NCBI RefSeq assembly: GCF_056746865.1
Contig: NZ_CM163382.1
Length of the DNA stretch: 64,000 bases
Reading direction: 5' to 3' (one strand)
The position numbers and the translations under genes were made by a program. Under the pieces are notes generated by a model. The model was given only the letters and a program-made list of their open reading frames with translations. It was not told the DNA's origin and searched no databases. Below are positions 1 to 13,402 of this stretch, one piece after another; the first letter of the stretch is position 1, and each line of letters begins with the position of its first letter.

Positions 1-56
1 CCTGCACAAAGTGCAATCCCCGATGCCTGAATGAACTGACGCCGACTGAGTGACAT
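1..56 (-). CDS. ftsP: FtsP (SufI) cell division protein, N-terminal fragment only (gene continues beyond window start)
   Basis: Reverse complement of 1..56 reads ATG TCA CTC AGT CGG CGT CAG TTC ATT CAG GCA = MSLSRRQFIQASGIAL, a twin-arginine signal peptide start matching FtsP; lies directly downstream of plsC on the same strand as in E. coli. Confidence 0.55.
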   Translation of the reverse strand, partial: MSLSRRQFIQASGIALCA

Positions 57-130
57 ATTTGCTCCATGTAAAACTGGCTAAAGTAATACCGTGCAGGAAA
101 GTGTTCCCCGCAAAAATACAGATTGCCGAC

Positions 131-868
131 TTAAACTTTTCCGGCGGCTTCGCGTTCTGCGACTTCTTTATCGAGCTCGGCGATTTTTTGTTCCATTATC
201 GAACGACAATGGGCAGCCAGCTCACGAACCTGATCTTTGCCATACTGACTGACGTCAATTGGCGGCAGCATTTCGACAATCACCAGACCGTTGTGCAGTC
301 GATTAAGATTAATCTTATTCGAAGTTGTAGAGACGCACACGGGAATAATCGGGACGCCCGCCGCAATTGCCGCGTGAAATGCTCCAGTCTTGAACGGTAG
401 CAGGCCGCGACCACGGCTGCGGGTTCCTTCCGGGAACATCCAGATGGAAATACGGCGTTTTTTGAAGTGATTCACTACTTCCGCAATGGTGCCGTGAGCT
501 TTAGTGCGATTGTTTCTGTCGATCAATAAGTTGCCGGTTAACCAGTACAACTGCCCGAAGAAGGGGATCCACAGCAAGCTCTTTTTACCTACCGTCACCG
601 TCGGCGGTTGCACGATGTTCGATGCTGTCACCATGTCATAGTTGTTCTGGTGGTTAGCGATATAGATAGCATTGCCGTAGCTTTCAGCGTCTGTAGGTTT
701 ACGGCACTCAACTTTCAGGCCAAACAGCGGCGCAAGACGGCCAAACATATGCCCAAAGGTGGCCACATGTTTCGGGTTACGCGGGCTGAAAAGGCAGTAA
801 ATGGAGCCGAATACACAGACTAAGATGCTGTAAATCACGGTAATAATAAGACGAAAGATATATAGCAT
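131..868 (-). CDS. plsC: 1-acyl-sn-glycerol-3-phosphate acyltransferase
   Basis: 245 aa ORF; translation matches PlsC family (acyltransferase motif region, conserved N-terminus MLYIFRLIIT). Confidence 0.9.
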   Translation of the reverse strand: MLYIFRLIITVIYSILVCVFGSIYCLFSPRNPKHVATFGHMFGRLAPLFGLKVECRKPTDAESYGNAIYIANHQNNYDMVTASNIVQPPTVTVGKKSLLWIPFFGQLYWLTGNLLIDRNNRTKAHGTIAEVVNHFKKRRISIWMFPEGTRSRGRGLLPFKTGAFHAAIAAGVPIIPVCVSTTSNKINLNRLHNGLVIVEMLPPIDVSQYGKDQVRELAAHCRSIMEQKIAELDKEVAEREAAGKV

Positions 869-1101
869 AACACCCTCTGAAGGTCTGAGAGACTGGCATT
901 GTACGTCACCTGAAATCAGGTTAGGGCATTGTTAAAAGCCGCTCTCTGGAAAAGCGTATTGTTAATCGCAACGCATGAATAAACAACGGTTTCAAGGGAA
1001 TTTTTATCGTTTCCGGGGGTTGAATACGCTGCCGGATGACGACTTAACGTTTCATCCGGCGTTCCTTGCAAGCGGGAGGAAACAGCGCCCTCCCCGGCAT
1101 A

Positions 1102-3360
1102 TTACTCTTCGCTATCACCGCTGCTGGCACGGCGAGGAGAGTCGATCTCAACACGATCGATACGCTGCAAACCGCGCATCAACGTACCGCGGCGTCCACG
1201 TTCGCCAGTGACTTTCTGTAACTCTTCCGGGCGCAGTTTAATTTTGCGTTTCCCAACATGAATGGTCAGCGTGCTTTGCGGCGGCAGAACGTACAATTGC
1301 GCCAGACCATCTTCTCCACGCGCGGCTTCTGCCGATGGAATGTTGATAATCTTGTTGCCTTTGCCCTTCGACAGCTGCGGCAGATCACTTACCGGGAACA
1401 TCAACATACGGCCTGCCTGAGTGATTGCCAGCAGCATATCGGAAGCATCTTCAATCACCACCGGCGGCATAACATGGGCATTTTCCGGTAAGGTGATCAA
1501 AGCCTTACCTGCACGGTTACGCGCCACCAGATCGTTAAAGGTGCAGACGAAACCGTAACCCGCATCGGAAGCCATCAGCAGTTTCTGATCGTCGCTTTCC
1601 ATCAGCATATGGTCAACGGTCGCCCCAGGCGGCAACGTTAATTTGCCGGTGAGCGGCTCGCCCTGACCACGCGCCGACGGCAGCGTAATCGGGTCAATGG
1701 CATAGCTACGACCGGTGGAATCAACAAACACTACCGGTTGGTTGCTCTTACCTTTCACCGCCGCTTTGAAGCTATCACCCGCTTTATAATTCAGGCCCGG
1801 CGCGTCGATATCATGGCCTTTAGCGCTGCGTACCCAGCCCATCTGCGACAGCACAATGGTGACAGGTTCAGACGGCAGCATGTCGTGCTCGCTCATCGCT
1901 TTCGCTTCTTCGCGTTCCTGCAACGGCGAACGACGATCGTCACCGTAGGCTTGCGCGTCTGCCTGCAGTTCTTTCTTCAGCAGGTTATTCATTTTACGCT
2001 CGGAAGCCAAAATGCCCTGCAACTGGTCGCGCTCTTTTTCCAGTTCACTCTGCTCACCGCGAATCTTCATCTCTTCCAGTTTGGCAAGATGACGCAGTTT
2101 CAGTTCGAGGATCGCTTCCGCCTGGGTTTCCGTAAGGCCAAACCGCGACATCAGCGCCGGTTTCGGTTCATCTTCATTACGAATGATCTCAATCACTTCG
2201 TCGATATTGAGAAACGCCACCAGCAAACCTTCGAGGATATGCAGGCGCTTGAGGACTTTCTCCAGACGATAGTTCAGTCGGCGGCGCACGGTATCGCGGC
2301 GGAACACCAGCCATTCGGAGAGGATTTCCAGCAGGTTTTTCACCGCCGGACGACCATCCAGACCGATCATATTAAGGTTAATACGATAGCTCTTTTCCAG
2401 ATCGGTGGTAGCGAAGAGGTGGTTCATCACCTGATCCATATCCACGCGGTTGGAACGCGGCACAATCACCAGGCGGGTCGGGTTCTCGTGGTCAGATTCA
2501 TCGCGCAGATCGTCAACCATCGGCAGCTTTTTGTTGCGCATTTGCGCAGCAATTTGCTCCAGTACGCGCGCACCTGAAACCTGATGCGGCAATGCGCTGA
2601 TAACCACCGCGCCATCTTCTTTCTTCCACACCGCGCGCATACGCACTGAACCACGTCCGTTCTCGTAGATTTTACGGATCTCGGCGCGCGAAGTGATAAT
2701 TTCCGCTTCAGTCGGATAATCCGGCCCCTGCACGATATCCAGCAGCTGATCGAGCGTGGTTTTCGGCTGGTCGATTAATGCGATTGCCGCCTGAGCCACT
2801 TCACGCAGGTTATGCGGTGGAATATCGGTCGCCATGCCGACGGCAATACCGGTGGTGCCGTTAAGCAAAATGTTTGGCAGACGGGCAGGTAGCATTTTCG
2901 GCTCCTGCAAAGTGCCGTCGAAGTTTGGCACCCAGTCAGCCGTCCCCTGCCCCAGCTCGCTCAATAGCAGCTCGGAATATTTCGACAACCGGGATTCGGT
3001 GTAACGCATTGCCGCGAACGATTTCGGATCGTCCGGCGCGCCCCAGTTCCCCTGACCATCAACCAGCGGATAACGGTAAGAGAACGGTTGCGCCATCAGG
3101 ACCATCGCTTCATAACAGGCGATATCGCCGTGCGGATGGTATTTACCCAGTACGTCACCGACGGTACGGGCCGATTTTTTAAATTTGGCGCTGGCATTCA
3201 GGCCCAGTTCAGACATCGCATACACAATGCGGCGCTGAACAGGTTTCAGACCATCACCAATAAACGGCAACGCACGGTCCATGATCACGTACATGGAGTA
3301 GTTTAAGTAGGCGTTTTCCGTAAATTCATGTAGCGCAAGGCGCTCTGCCATATCGCTCAT
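1102..3360 (-). CDS. parC: DNA topoisomerase IV subunit A
   Basis: 752 aa ORF, N-terminus [32 protein letters not shown] typical of ParC; correct length. Confidence 0.95.
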   Translation of the reverse strand: MSDMAERLALHEFTENAYLNYSMYVIMDRALPFIGDGLKPVQRRIVYAMSELGLNASAKFKKSARTVGDVLGKYHPHGDIACYEAMVLMAQPFSYRYPLVDGQGNWGAPDDPKSFAAMRYTESRLSKYSELLLSELGQGTADWVPNFDGTLQEPKMLPARLPNILLNGTTGIAVGMATDIPPHNLREVAQAAIALIDQPKTTLDQLLDIVQGPDYPTEAEIITSRAEIRKIYENGRGSVRMRAVWKKEDGAVVISALPHQVSGARVLEQIAAQMRNKKLPMVDDLRDESDHENPTRLVIVPRSNRVDMDQVMNHLFATTDLEKSYRINLNMIGLDGRPAVKNLLEILSEWLVFRRDTVRRRLNYRLEKVLKRLHILEGLLVAFLNIDEVIEIIRNEDEPKPALMSRFGLTETQAEAILELKLRHLAKLEEMKIRGEQSELEKERDQLQGILASERKMNNLLKKELQADAQAYGDDRRSPLQEREEAKAMSEHDMLPSEPVTIVLSQMGWVRSAKGHDIDAPGLNYKAGDSFKAAVKGKSNQPVVFVDSTGRSYAIDPITLPSARGQGEPLTGKLTLPPGATVDHMLMESDDQKLLMASDAGYGFVCTFNDLVARNRAGKALITLPENAHVMPPVVIEDASDMLLAITQAGRMLMFPVSDLPQLSKGKGNKIINIPSAEAARGEDGLAQLYVLPPQSTLTIHVGKRKIKLRPEELQKVTGERGRRGTLMRGLQRIDRVEIDSPRRASSGDSEE

Positions 3361-3497
3361 TAATTCTGATTCCTCAACTTATTCGCCAGCCTTCAAAGGG
3401 GCAATATTGCCGGAGATACTACATTATCTGCCGCGTCGAGTCACAGGAGATCAGCGTGAATAGCGCCGCCGGACGTGCTCCGACGGCGATAAAGGCA

Positions 3498-5105
3498 TCA
3501 ATGTGCCTTGATATACAACTCTTTGCTGTAGACATAATCCTGGGGATTATGCAGCGGAAAACCGCCAACGTAGGGTTTAAGCAGTTTGATTAACGGCTGA
3601 TAGTAGATAGGAATCAGCGGTGCCTGTTGGTTGATGATCACTTCTGCCTGCTGATACAACGCATTACGCTTTGTCGCATCAGTGATCTGCGTGGCCTGGT
3701 TTAGTAAGGCGTCATACTGCGCATTTTTCCAGTGACCGACGTTTTCTTCACTATCGCTTTTGAGCGTGTTCAGGAAGCTGGAAGCATCATTGTACGTCGC
3801 ATCCCACGACTGCCGAGACAGCATGAAATCACCGGCTCGTCGGGCATCAAGATAGGTTTTCCACTCCATTGTGCGCAGCGTCACCTGTGCACCCAGCCAT
3901 TTTTTCCATTCGGAAGACAACGCTATCGCGGTCTTTTCATGCAGATCGTACTTGTTGTAGAACAGCTCAAAGCGTAGCGGATGAGAGGCGTCGTATCCCG
4001 CCTGTTTCAGCAAGGCTTTTGCCATCGCGACGCGCTCACTCATTGGCTTTTGCAGTTCATCGAACGTCGTCGCGCTAAAGCCTTTTACCTCTGGCGGCGT
4101 CAGCGTGGTTGCGGGCGTTCTCAACCCCAGTACCTTTTGCGCAATAAGCTGTCGATCAACCGTAAGATATAGCGCCCGACGCACTCGCACATCGTTAAAT
4201 GGCGGTTTCTCAAGGTTGAAGTTGTAATATTCGCTGTTCAGACGCGGAATAATTCGTAGCTCGCCAGGCAGTGATTTTTCAATGGCGGGAATTTGCTGCG
4301 CCGGAACCCAGGTGAGATCGACCTCTCCCGCGCGATAGCGGTTATAGCCGGTGACCGAATTATCTAGCGCCAGATACTCAACCTGTTGCAATACTGTATG
4401 TTGCGCATCGCGGTACTTTGGATTTTTGCGTGCAGTAATCTTTTCGTTAACTACCCACTGATCAAGCACAAAGGCACCGTTGTAAACCATGTTCTCTGGC
4501 TTACTCCAGCTATCGCCATGTTTAGCGATGACATGATGAGGAACCGGGAACAGCGTCGGCCAGGCGAGCATCGTCGTGAACCAAGGAACCGGCTGCTCAA
4601 GCGTAACTTCAAGAGTACGATCATCCGTCGCTTTGACACCCAGCGATGTAACATCTGCTTTACCCGCAACAATAGCTGCGGCATTGTTAATGTGCGCCTG
4701 TGCCAGATAGCCAGCAAAAGGGCTTGCCGTTTTCGGGTCAACCGCGCGCTGCCAGCCGAGGACAAAATCCTCTGCCGTCAGAGGCTGACCGTCGGACCAC
4801 TGCAAACCGCTACGCAGATGGAAAATATAGCGCTTGCCGCCGTCCAGTATCTCCCAGCGTTCAGCCTGAGCGGGCTGCACCTGGCCTTCACCGTCCATCC
4901 ATACCAGACCTTCAAACAGATCCAGCACAATCTGCGCGGCAGTATTCTCCTCCACCTTTTGCGGGTCGAGCGTACCTGGGTCGCTATGATTGTTGTAACG
5001 AAAGACTTGTTGCGGGGCGAGCGGTGTGTTGGCGGGAACGTCAGCAGCGTAGAGAGGAGCCGCACTTACCAGGCTGACCAGCCATAATAAATTTCGCGTA
5101 TACAT
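3498..5105 (-). CDS. ygiS: Periplasmic solute-binding protein (ABC transporter family 5, oligopeptide-binding like)
   Basis: ORF 3498..5168 trimmed to internal Met preceding signal peptide MYTRNLLWLVSLVSAAPLYA; 535 aa like YgiS. Confidence 0.8.
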   Translation of the reverse strand: MYTRNLLWLVSLVSAAPLYAADVPANTPLAPQQVFRYNNHSDPGTLDPQKVEENTAAQIVLDLFEGLVWMDGEGQVQPAQAERWEILDGGKRYIFHLRSGLQWSDGQPLTAEDFVLGWQRAVDPKTASPFAGYLAQAHINNAAAIVAGKADVTSLGVKATDDRTLEVTLEQPVPWFTTMLAWPTLFPVPHHVIAKHGDSWSKPENMVYNGAFVLDQWVVNEKITARKNPKYRDAQHTVLQQVEYLALDNSVTGYNRYRAGEVDLTWVPAQQIPAIEKSLPGELRIIPRLNSEYYNFNLEKPPFNDVRVRRALYLTVDRQLIAQKVLGLRTPATTLTPPEVKGFSATTFDELQKPMSERVAMAKALLKQAGYDASHPLRFELFYNKYDLHEKTAIALSSEWKKWLGAQVTLRTMEWKTYLDARRAGDFMLSRQSWDATYNDASSFLNTLKSDSEENVGHWKNAQYDALLNQATQITDATKRNALYQQAEVIINQQAPLIPIYYQPLIKLLKPYVGGFPLHNPQDYVYSKELYIKAH

Positions 5106-5237
5106 GGTATTCCTTACCGGAGAAATTATAAGCCCAACAACAATACGCCTGTGGCATTGTTCGCTCAAACTTATCGCGAGTGATTTGGCTCACACTCCGG
5201 TAAAGAAAAAAGCGAGTTGCCCCCGCTTTTCCATTAA

Positions 5238-5633
5238 TTAACGGATTTCATTCAATAGTTCTGGATGCTTATCCAGAACACGTAAAAGTTTGATTGTGGA
5301 AGGATGAGGTTGGGCATTGCCTTTTTCGTAACGCGAAAACGCATTTACACCTCCCCCAAAAATTTCGCTTGCCTCTTTTTGGGTAAGAGAGAGCTTTTTT
5401 CGAACCTTCACTATAAATTCAGGTGCCACTGTTTCGGCATTCACCGAAGCCCGAAATGCCTTTACTTGCGCCATGAAAGCATCTGACTCTTCTTTATTCA
5501 TGATGCTCTCTTCGCAATGGACACAATATAAACCGTGGATACCTTTCAATACTGTTTTTCGTCCACGGAAGGTGTATGGAATATCTTTAATGCCAGAAAC
5601 CATTTCTCCCTGGTGGCAAACCGGACATTTCAT
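5238..5633 (-). CDS. mqsA: MqsA antitoxin (HTH-Xre, zinc-binding N-terminal domain)
   Basis: 131 aa; MKCPVCHQGEM...CVHCEE zinc motif plus C-terminal HTH; 1 bp downstream of mqsR. Confidence 0.9.
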   Translation of the reverse strand: MKCPVCHQGEMVSGIKDIPYTFRGRKTVLKGIHGLYCVHCEESIMNKEESDAFMAQVKAFRASVNAETVAPEFIVKVRKKLSLTQKEASEIFGGGVNAFSRYEKGNAQPHPSTIKLLRVLDKHPELLNEIR

Positions 5634-5634
5634 A

Positions 5635-5931
5635 TTACTTCTCCTTAAACGAGACGATCAGTACGTCATGAATTACCGTAATTTTAAGATAAACCTGGCC
5701 TGTAACAAGCCTGGGTCTGTAAACATCCTGCCAGATAGTATGATCAGAGTAGGTGGTCATGCTTTTATAAAAGTCGCTCTCTGATAATCCAATGATAACA
5801 TTACACATACCATCAAAATCCAAACCTAACTCATCTGCATTTAACAGGGCACTACGTGTTGTACGAACTTGCCCGGCATTGACAAGTTTTTTAACCTGAC
5901 TCAAACGTGTATGTGGTGTGCGTTTTTCCAT
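5635..5931 (-). CDS. mqsR: MqsR mRNA interferase toxin
   Basis: 98 aa; MEKRTPHTRLSQVKKLVNAGQVRTT matches MqsR; toxin-first operon with mqsA. Confidence 0.9.
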   Translation of the reverse strand: MEKRTPHTRLSQVKKLVNAGQVRTTRSALLNADELGLDFDGMCNVIIGLSESDFYKSMTTYSDHTIWQDVYRPRLVTGQVYLKITVIHDVLIVSFKEK

Positions 5932-5961
5932 AACCCCCGCCTCCCTGTTACTTTAGTTATA

Positions 5962-6004
5962 ACCTAAAAGGTTAATTACAGCAATGAAAAAGCACCTAAA
6001 AGGT
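5962..6004. promoter_or_regulatory. Two MqsA operator palindromes (ACCT-AAA-AGGT) upstream of mqsR
   Basis: Sequence AACCTAAAAGGTT at 5961-5973 and ACCTAAAAGGT at 5994-6004, 30-70 bp upstream of mqsR start; matches known MqsA binding palindrome. Confidence 0.7.
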
Positions 6005-6135
6005 TAGTTAGATGTACGGAGATAGTGACCACACAAAACGTATTCTTTAAGGAAAGTGATTGACCATATAAGAAAGTGGCGCATTAGTAGCGCCAGTTTG
6101 AAGCAGGAATTTATAAGGGAAGCTGGAGTCAGGCA

Positions 6136-6618
6136 TCACGCCAACGGCACATAAACATCCGTTTCCAGTCGCTGCTCTGTCACCCCTTCGGCAAGATTGG
6201 TGTAGTGAAACAGAATCGGTGCTTTACGCATTTTCTCGCCGCTTGCAGGCAGCCAGTGGCGAATGATGCCCCATACCGTGTGTGAAATATCGTCCAGCTC
6301 GCCAACGTGGCGGGCCACGGCATAACGTCCACCGGTAAGTTCACCATTGCTCACACCATAACGATTATCGGGAATCGGTTCGCTAACGCTGCCGCAGATA
6401 TCAAAGCGAAACGCTTCCGGTGCGGTGGTGGCAGGGTCGTCCCAGGCGACGCCAAAAGTCTGGCTTTGGTTAACAGGAGAAAGCCCCGTCTCTTTACGCC
6501 ACATGATAAATTTCGCCACGCTGTAGTTGAGCAATTCAGGGCTACAGCGGTGCGGCAACATCGCCACAGGTATTGATGGGAAATCGATAATGTTTACATC
6601 CAGTGTCAGGTTTGTCAT
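6136..6618 (-). CDS. ygiV: GyrI-like/AraC effector-domain transcriptional regulator
   Basis: 160 aa ORF, matches YgiV length and N-terminus MTNLTLDVNIIDFPSIPVAML. Confidence 0.8.
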   Translation of the reverse strand: MTNLTLDVNIIDFPSIPVAMLPHRCSPELLNYSVAKFIMWRKETGLSPVNQSQTFGVAWDDPATTAPEAFRFDICGSVSEPIPDNRYGVSNGELTGGRYAVARHVGELDDISHTVWGIIRHWLPASGEKMRKAPILFHYTNLAEGVTEQRLETDVYVPLA

Positions 6619-6670
6619 TTTGCCTCCCTGCGAAATTATTCCCGGGAACGCGTCCCGGGAGCGGTAACAA

Positions 6671-7063
6671 TTACGGATTTACTTTGCGGATCTGTTTGAC
6701 GTCAATTTCAACAGAATTCCAGTCTTTATCGACTTCACCCTGAATCTCAACCGTATCTTTCGGCGTCACCGTCACGCCGTTCCAGCGTTTGTGGTCGATA
6801 TCAACATTGATAGTACCGCTGGCATCTTTGAACACGTAGAGATCGTCAGAGATGCGTTCAACGATATTGCCGCGCAGGGTTACCCAGGTGTCGTCACGCA
6901 GGGATTTTGCGCTTTCTACAGTCGTTACGCTGCCGTTCGGCCCCTGGAATCCTCCGGCCTGACTTTGCGTTGCCGATGGGCCAGAAAAACCGCCCTGCTC
7001 TGCTGCCATCACCGGTGCGCTGCACAGGGCCATTACTGCGATTACTGCTGCGAATTTTTTCAT
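6671..7063 (-). CDS. ygiW: BOF/YgiW family periplasmic OB-fold stress protein
   Basis: ORF trimmed to MKKFAAVIAVMALCSAPVMA signal peptide; 130 aa; divergent from qseBC. Confidence 0.8.
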   Translation of the reverse strand: MKKFAAVIAVMALCSAPVMAAEQGGFSGPSATQSQAGGFQGPNGSVTTVESAKSLRDDTWVTLRGNIVERISDDLYVFKDASGTINVDIDHKRWNGVTVTPKDTVEIQGEVDKDWNSVEIDVKQIRKVNP

Positions 7064-7214
7064 GTTTATTACTCCCTTTAATGTCTGTTTCCGAGCATTT
7101 AACAAGATAGTCCTTAACAACTTCTTAAGGGAAAAAAATAAAATTTAGTGCTGTACAGAGCGCGTTACAACACGGTTTACTGGCAGCAAATACGGTTATC
7201 GCAGGGATGAAAAA

Positions 7215-7874
7215 ATGCGAATTTTACTGATAGAAGATGACATGCTGATTGGCGACGGCATCAAAACGGGCCTTAGTAAAATGGGTTTTAGCGTCGACTG
7301 GTTTACACAAGGTCGTCAGGGAAAAGAGGCGCTTTATAGCGCACCTTATGATGCGGTGATCCTGGATTTAACCTTACCAGGCATGGATGGTCGCGATATT
7401 TTGCGCGAATGGCGAGAAAAAGGTCAGCGTGAGCCGGTACTGATCCTGACCGCGCGCGATGCGCTGGCGGAACGTGTAGAAGGGCTGCGTCTGGGAGCTG
7501 ACGATTATCTGTGTAAACCTTTTGCGTTGATAGAAGTCGCCGCCAGGCTGGAAGCTCTGATGCGCCGAACCAACGGCCAGGCCAGCAACGAGCTGCGCCA
7601 CGGTAACGTCATGCTCGACCCCGGCAAACGTATCGCCACGCTGGCTGGCGAACCCTTAACACTGAAACCAAAAGAATTTGCCCTGCTGGAATTACTGATG
7701 CGTAACGCTGGTCGGGTACTGCCGCGCAAACTGATTGAAGAGAAACTGTATACCTGGGACGAAGAGGTCACCAGTAATGCCGTTGAAGTGCATGTGCATC
7801 ATCTGCGACGCAAACTCGGTAGTGATTTTATTCGTACCGTGCATGGTATTGGTTACACATTAGGTGAGAAATGA
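7215..7874 (+). CDS. qseB: Two-component response regulator QseB (OmpR family)
   Basis: 219 aa; receiver domain [16 protein letters not shown] and winged-helix C-terminus; overlaps qseC by 4 nt. Confidence 0.9.
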   Translation: MRILLIEDDMLIGDGIKTGLSKMGFSVDWFTQGRQGKEALYSAPYDAVILDLTLPGMDGRDILREWREKGQREPVLILTARDALAERVEGLRLGADDYLCKPFALIEVAARLEALMRRTNGQASNELRHGNVMLDPGKRIATLAGEPLTLKPKEFALLELLMRNAGRVLPRKLIEEKLYTWDEEVTSNAVEVHVHHLRRKLGSDFIRTVHGIGYTLGEK

Positions 7875-9220
7875 AATTTACCCAACGTCTTAGTCTGCGC
7901 GTCAGGCTGACGCTAATCTTTTTAATTCTGGCCTCGGTGACCTGGCTGCTTTCCAGCTTTGTCGCCTGGAAACAAACAACGGATAACGTCGATGAATTGT
8001 TCGACACCCAACTGATGCTGTTTGCCAAGCGGTTAAGTACGCTCGATCTCAACGAAATCAACGCGGCGGATCGCATGGCACAGACGCCAAATAGATTAAA
8101 ACACGGTCATGTTGATGACGATGCGCTGACCTTTGCCATCTTTACCCACGACGGCAGAATGGTCCTTAATGATGGCGATAACGGAGAAGATATTCCCTAT
8201 AGCTATCAACGGGAAGGTTTTGCTGACGGGCAACTGGTCGGTGAAGACGATCCTTGGCGTTTTGTCTGGATGACCTCACCTGATGGCAAATATCGCATCG
8301 TTGTTGGCCAGGAATGGGAATACCGTGAAGACATGGCGCTGGCGATTGTTGCCGGGCAATTGATCCCGTGGCTGGTCGCACTGCCGATTATGTTAATCAT
8401 CATGATGGTACTACTGGGTCGTGAACTCGCGCCGCTGAACAAACTGGCGCTGGCACTACGTATGCGTGACCCTGACTCGGAAAAACCACTAAACGCGACT
8501 GGCGTACCCAGCGAAGTGCGGCCACTGGTTGAGTCGCTAAATCAACTGTTCGCCCGCACACATGCGATGATGGTTCGTGAACGACGCTTTACCTCCGACG
8601 CAGCTCACGAACTTCGTAGCCCGTTAACGGCGCTGAAAGTGCAAACCGAAGTTGCGCAGCTCTCTGACGATGATCCGCAGGCGCGGAAAAAAGCACTGCT
8701 CCAATTACATTCCGGGATCGATCGCGCTACTCGTCTGGTTGATCAACTGCTCACGCTATCGCGGCTGGACTCACTGGATAACCTTCAGGACGTCGCGGAG
8801 ATCCCGCTTGAAGATCTCCTGCAATCGTCGGTGATGGATATTTACCACACGGCGCAGCAGGCGAAAATTGACGTGCGACTGACACTCAATGCCCACAGCA
8901 TCAAACGCACCGGGCAACCGCTATTGCTAAGTTTGTTGGTGCGAAATTTGCTGGATAACGCCGTGCGCTACAGTCCACAGGGCAGCGTGGTAGACGTCAC
9001 GCTGAATGCTGATAATTTCATCGTGAGGGATAACGGCCCCGGTGTGACACCAGAGGCACTGGCGCGAATTGGCGAACGCTTCTATCGCCCACCCGGACAA
9101 ACCGCTACCGGCAGCGGGCTTGGGCTATCGATTGTCCAGCGAATCGCCAAATTGCATGGCATGAATGTTGAATTTGGGAATGCGGAACAAGGTGGATTTG
9201 AGGCGAAGGTAAGCTGGTAA
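7871..9220 (+). CDS. qseC: Sensor histidine kinase QseC
   Basis: 449 aa; two TM segments, H-box [10 protein letters not shown], ATPase domain. Confidence 0.9.
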   Translation: MKFTQRLSLRVRLTLIFLILASVTWLLSSFVAWKQTTDNVDELFDTQLMLFAKRLSTLDLNEINAADRMAQTPNRLKHGHVDDDALTFAIFTHDGRMVLNDGDNGEDIPYSYQREGFADGQLVGEDDPWRFVWMTSPDGKYRIVVGQEWEYREDMALAIVAGQLIPWLVALPIMLIIMMVLLGRELAPLNKLALALRMRDPDSEKPLNATGVPSEVRPLVESLNQLFARTHAMMVRERRFTSDAAHELRSPLTALKVQTEVAQLSDDDPQARKKALLQLHSGIDRATRLVDQLLTLSRLDSLDNLQDVAEIPLEDLLQSSVMDIYHTAQQAKIDVRLTLNAHSIKRTGQPLLLSLLVRNLLDNAVRYSPQGSVVDVTLNADNFIVRDNGPGVTPEALARIGERFYRPPGQTATGSGLGLSIVQRIAKLHGMNVEFGNAEQGGFEAKVSW

Positions 9221-9227
9221 CTTCTCT

Positions 9228-9264
9228 GTCTATGAGAGCCGTTAAAACGACTCTCATAGATTTT
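9228..9264. terminator. Bidirectional stem-loop between convergent qseC and ygiZ
   Basis: Inverted repeat TCTATGAGAG...CTCTCATAGA followed by TTTTACT. Confidence 0.55.
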
Positions 9265-9265
9265 A

Positions 9266-9598
9266 CTAATAGCAAAATATAAACCGTCCCCAAAAAAGCC
9301 ACCAACCACAAACCAGACAAATACCGAGCGAGAATACATATACCCAAAACTCGAACATTTCCCGCATAAAGAGTTTTCTTAAGATAAGAATAATAAGTGG
9401 CGTAAGAAGAAAAAATGCTGCAATCATTGCTTGCAATATACGATCTTCGCCTGAAACGGAAGGTATACTGCAAATATTTCCTCCCGACTCAAGCATCCAG
9501 TCATACTTATTGAAAGCAAAAAAAGAATCTATTAACCAATAAGTAAGCATTATATATAGCAATGCTTCAAATATTGTTTTAATTTTCTGCTTTAACAT
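9266..9598 (-). CDS. ygiZ: Small inner membrane protein YgiZ
   Basis: 110 aa hydrophobic ORF MLKQKIKTIFEALLYIMLTYWLIDSFF; position between qseC and mdaB as in E. coli. Confidence 0.7.
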   Translation of the reverse strand: MLKQKIKTIFEALLYIMLTYWLIDSFFAFNKYDWMLESGGNICSIPSVSGEDRILQAMIAAFFLLTPLIILILRKLFMREMFEFWVYVFSLGICLVCGWWLFWGRFIFCY

Positions 9599-9925
9599 AT
9601 ATCAGTACGCTCATAAAAATCCATTTATAATTATCAACATGACACGTTGATACTTTCATCTTTTACTTATTCAAAGCCATATTTTCAATCCCCAAAAAAA
9701 CCGAACCAAACGTGTAAATTATTCCGGTGCGAGTAAGAATTGTAAGAATTATGAGGAATGGCTATCAGTATTGTCATTTTCAGAAAATATTTATCCTGCA
9801 TCGGTGAGTCAGAGTAAGATCAGACTTTTGCTAAATTCGCAAAAGACTTTGCACATTTTGCTAATTTCACCGTACCGCTCTGTGACGTACTATAGTCGGC
9901 AAACGTCTCACCTTGAGGTTAAAAA

Positions 9926-10507
9926 ATGAGCAACATCCTGATTATCAACGGCGCGAAAAAATTCGCCCACTCCAATGGTCAACTGAACGACACCCTGACC
10001 GAAGTCGCGGATGGCACACTGCGCGACCTTGGGCATGATGTCCGCATCGTTCGCGCCGACAGCGACTACGATGTCAAAGCGGAAGTACAAAACTTTCTCT
10101 GGGCTGATGTGGTGATCTGGCAGATGCCAGGCTGGTGGATGGGCGCGCCGTGGACAGTGAAAAAATACATTGATGATGTATTCACCGAAGGTCACGGGAC
10201 GCTGTATGCCAGCGATGGTCGTACCCGCAAAGATCCGTCGAAAAAATACGGTTCCGGCGGCCTGGTACAGGGCAAAAAATATATGCTTTCTCTGACCTGG
10301 AACGCACCAATGGAAGCCTTCACCGAAAAAGATCAGTTCTTCCACGGCGTTGGCGTTGACGGTGTGTATCTGCCGTTCCATAAAGCAAACCAATTCCTCG
10401 GTATGGAACCGCTGCCGACATTTATCGCTAATGACGTGATAAAAATGCCTGATGTTCCCCGCTATACTGAAGAATATCGCAAGCATCTTGTGGAAATTTT
10501 TGGTTAA
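9926..10507 (+). CDS. mdaB: NADPH:quinone oxidoreductase MdaB
   Basis: 193 aa; MSNILIINGAKKFAHSNGQLNDTL matches MdaB. Confidence 0.9.
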   Translation: MSNILIINGAKKFAHSNGQLNDTLTEVADGTLRDLGHDVRIVRADSDYDVKAEVQNFLWADVVIWQMPGWWMGAPWTVKKYIDDVFTEGHGTLYASDGRTRKDPSKKYGSGGLVQGKKYMLSLTWNAPMEAFTEKDQFFHGVGVDGVYLPFHKANQFLGMEPLPTFIANDVIKMPDVPRYTEEYRKHLVEIFG

Positions 10508-10537
10508 CTAGAGCTCAGGCTTTAGAAGGAGTTAACC

Positions 10538-10852
10538 ATGCTTACCGTAATCGCAGAAATCCGTACTCGTCCTGGTCAACATCACCGTCAGGCGGTATTG
10601 GATCAGTTTGCTAAAATCGTTCCAACCGTACTGAAAGAAGAAGGTTGCCACGGCTATGCGCCAATGGTGGATTGCGCAGCTGGCGTGAGTTTCCAGTCTA
10701 TGGCACCGGATTCTATCGTGATGATTGAGCAGTGGGAAAGCATCGCGCATCTTGAAGCGCATCTGCAAACCCCGCACATGAAGGCGTATAGCGAAGCCGT
10801 AAAAGGTGACGTGCTGGAGATGAATATCCGTATTCTGCAGCCAGGGATTTAA
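10538..10852 (+). CDS. ygiN: Quinol monooxygenase YgiN (ABM domain)
   Basis: 104 aa; MLTVIAEIRTRPGQHHRQAVLDQF. Confidence 0.9.
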   Translation: MLTVIAEIRTRPGQHHRQAVLDQFAKIVPTVLKEEGCHGYAPMVDCAAGVSFQSMAPDSIVMIEQWESIAHLEAHLQTPHMKAYSEAVKGDVLEMNIRILQPGI

Positions 10853-10863
10853 TCCTGCCTTGT

Positions 10864-10895
10864 TTGCCCGGCCATCCTGACCGGGCAATGTTCTT
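10864..10895. terminator. Stem-loop between convergent ygiN and parE
   Basis: TTGCCCGG-loop-CCGGGCAA inverted repeat followed by T-rich tract. Confidence 0.5.
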
Positions 10896-10899
10896 TCCT

Positions 10900-12795
<1,896 letters not shown>

Positions 12796-12820
12796 TTAAG
12801 TTAGCAATTCGAGTTGATCG

Positions 12821-13402
12821 TCAGAGATGGTGCAGACCAAGAAAATCGACGATCGGGTTGAAATAATCTTCGAAGCCCGTGAATGCGTGGTTGCCGCCTT
12901 CTATGACAGTCTGGCGGCAGGAAGCGTAGTACGCCACCGCCTGGCGGTAATCCAGCACTTCATCTCCCGTCTGTTGCAGCAGCCAGATCAAATCCGGCGC
13001 TTCCAGCGGGTCAATCTGCATGACTTTGAGATCGTAAATATGGCGTGACTCTAGCACATATTGCTGCCCGGTGTAGGGGTTCTCGTTCTGACCGAGATAG
13101 TCCGTCAGCAGTTCAAACGGGCGTACCGCCGGGTTTACCACCACTGCGGGCAGCATAAAACATTGCGACAACCAGGTGGCGTAATATCCCCCCAGTGACG
13201 AACCGACAATACCCAGCGAATCGCCGCCATGTTCCAGGACAATGGATTCCAGCAGTTCTGCCGCATCGGAAGGATACGGCGGCAACTGCGGAATGATCAT
13301 CTCTACGTCAGGGTGATGTTCCGCCAACCAGTTTTTTAACAAGCTCGCTTTTGCAGAGCGCGGCGAGCTGTTGAAACCGTGTAAATAAAGAAGCGTAGAC
13401 AT
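12821..13402 (-). CDS. yqiA: Esterase YqiA (alpha/beta hydrolase)
   Basis: 193 aa; [25 protein letters not shown] serine motif. Confidence 0.85.
   Translation of the reverse strand: MSTLLYLHGFNSSPRSAKASLLKNWLAEHHPDVEMIIPQLPPYPSDAAELLESIVLEHGGDSLGIVGSSLGGYYATWLSQCFMLPAVVVNPAVRPFELLTDYLGQNENPYTGQQYVLESRHIYDLKVMQIDPLEAPDLIWLLQQTGDEVLDYRQAVAYYASCRQTVIEGGNHAFTGFEDYFNPIVDFLGLHHL

Noticed and set aside
1738-2577. 279-aa plus-strand ORF inside parC
   Set aside because: Antisense to parC; no independent support.
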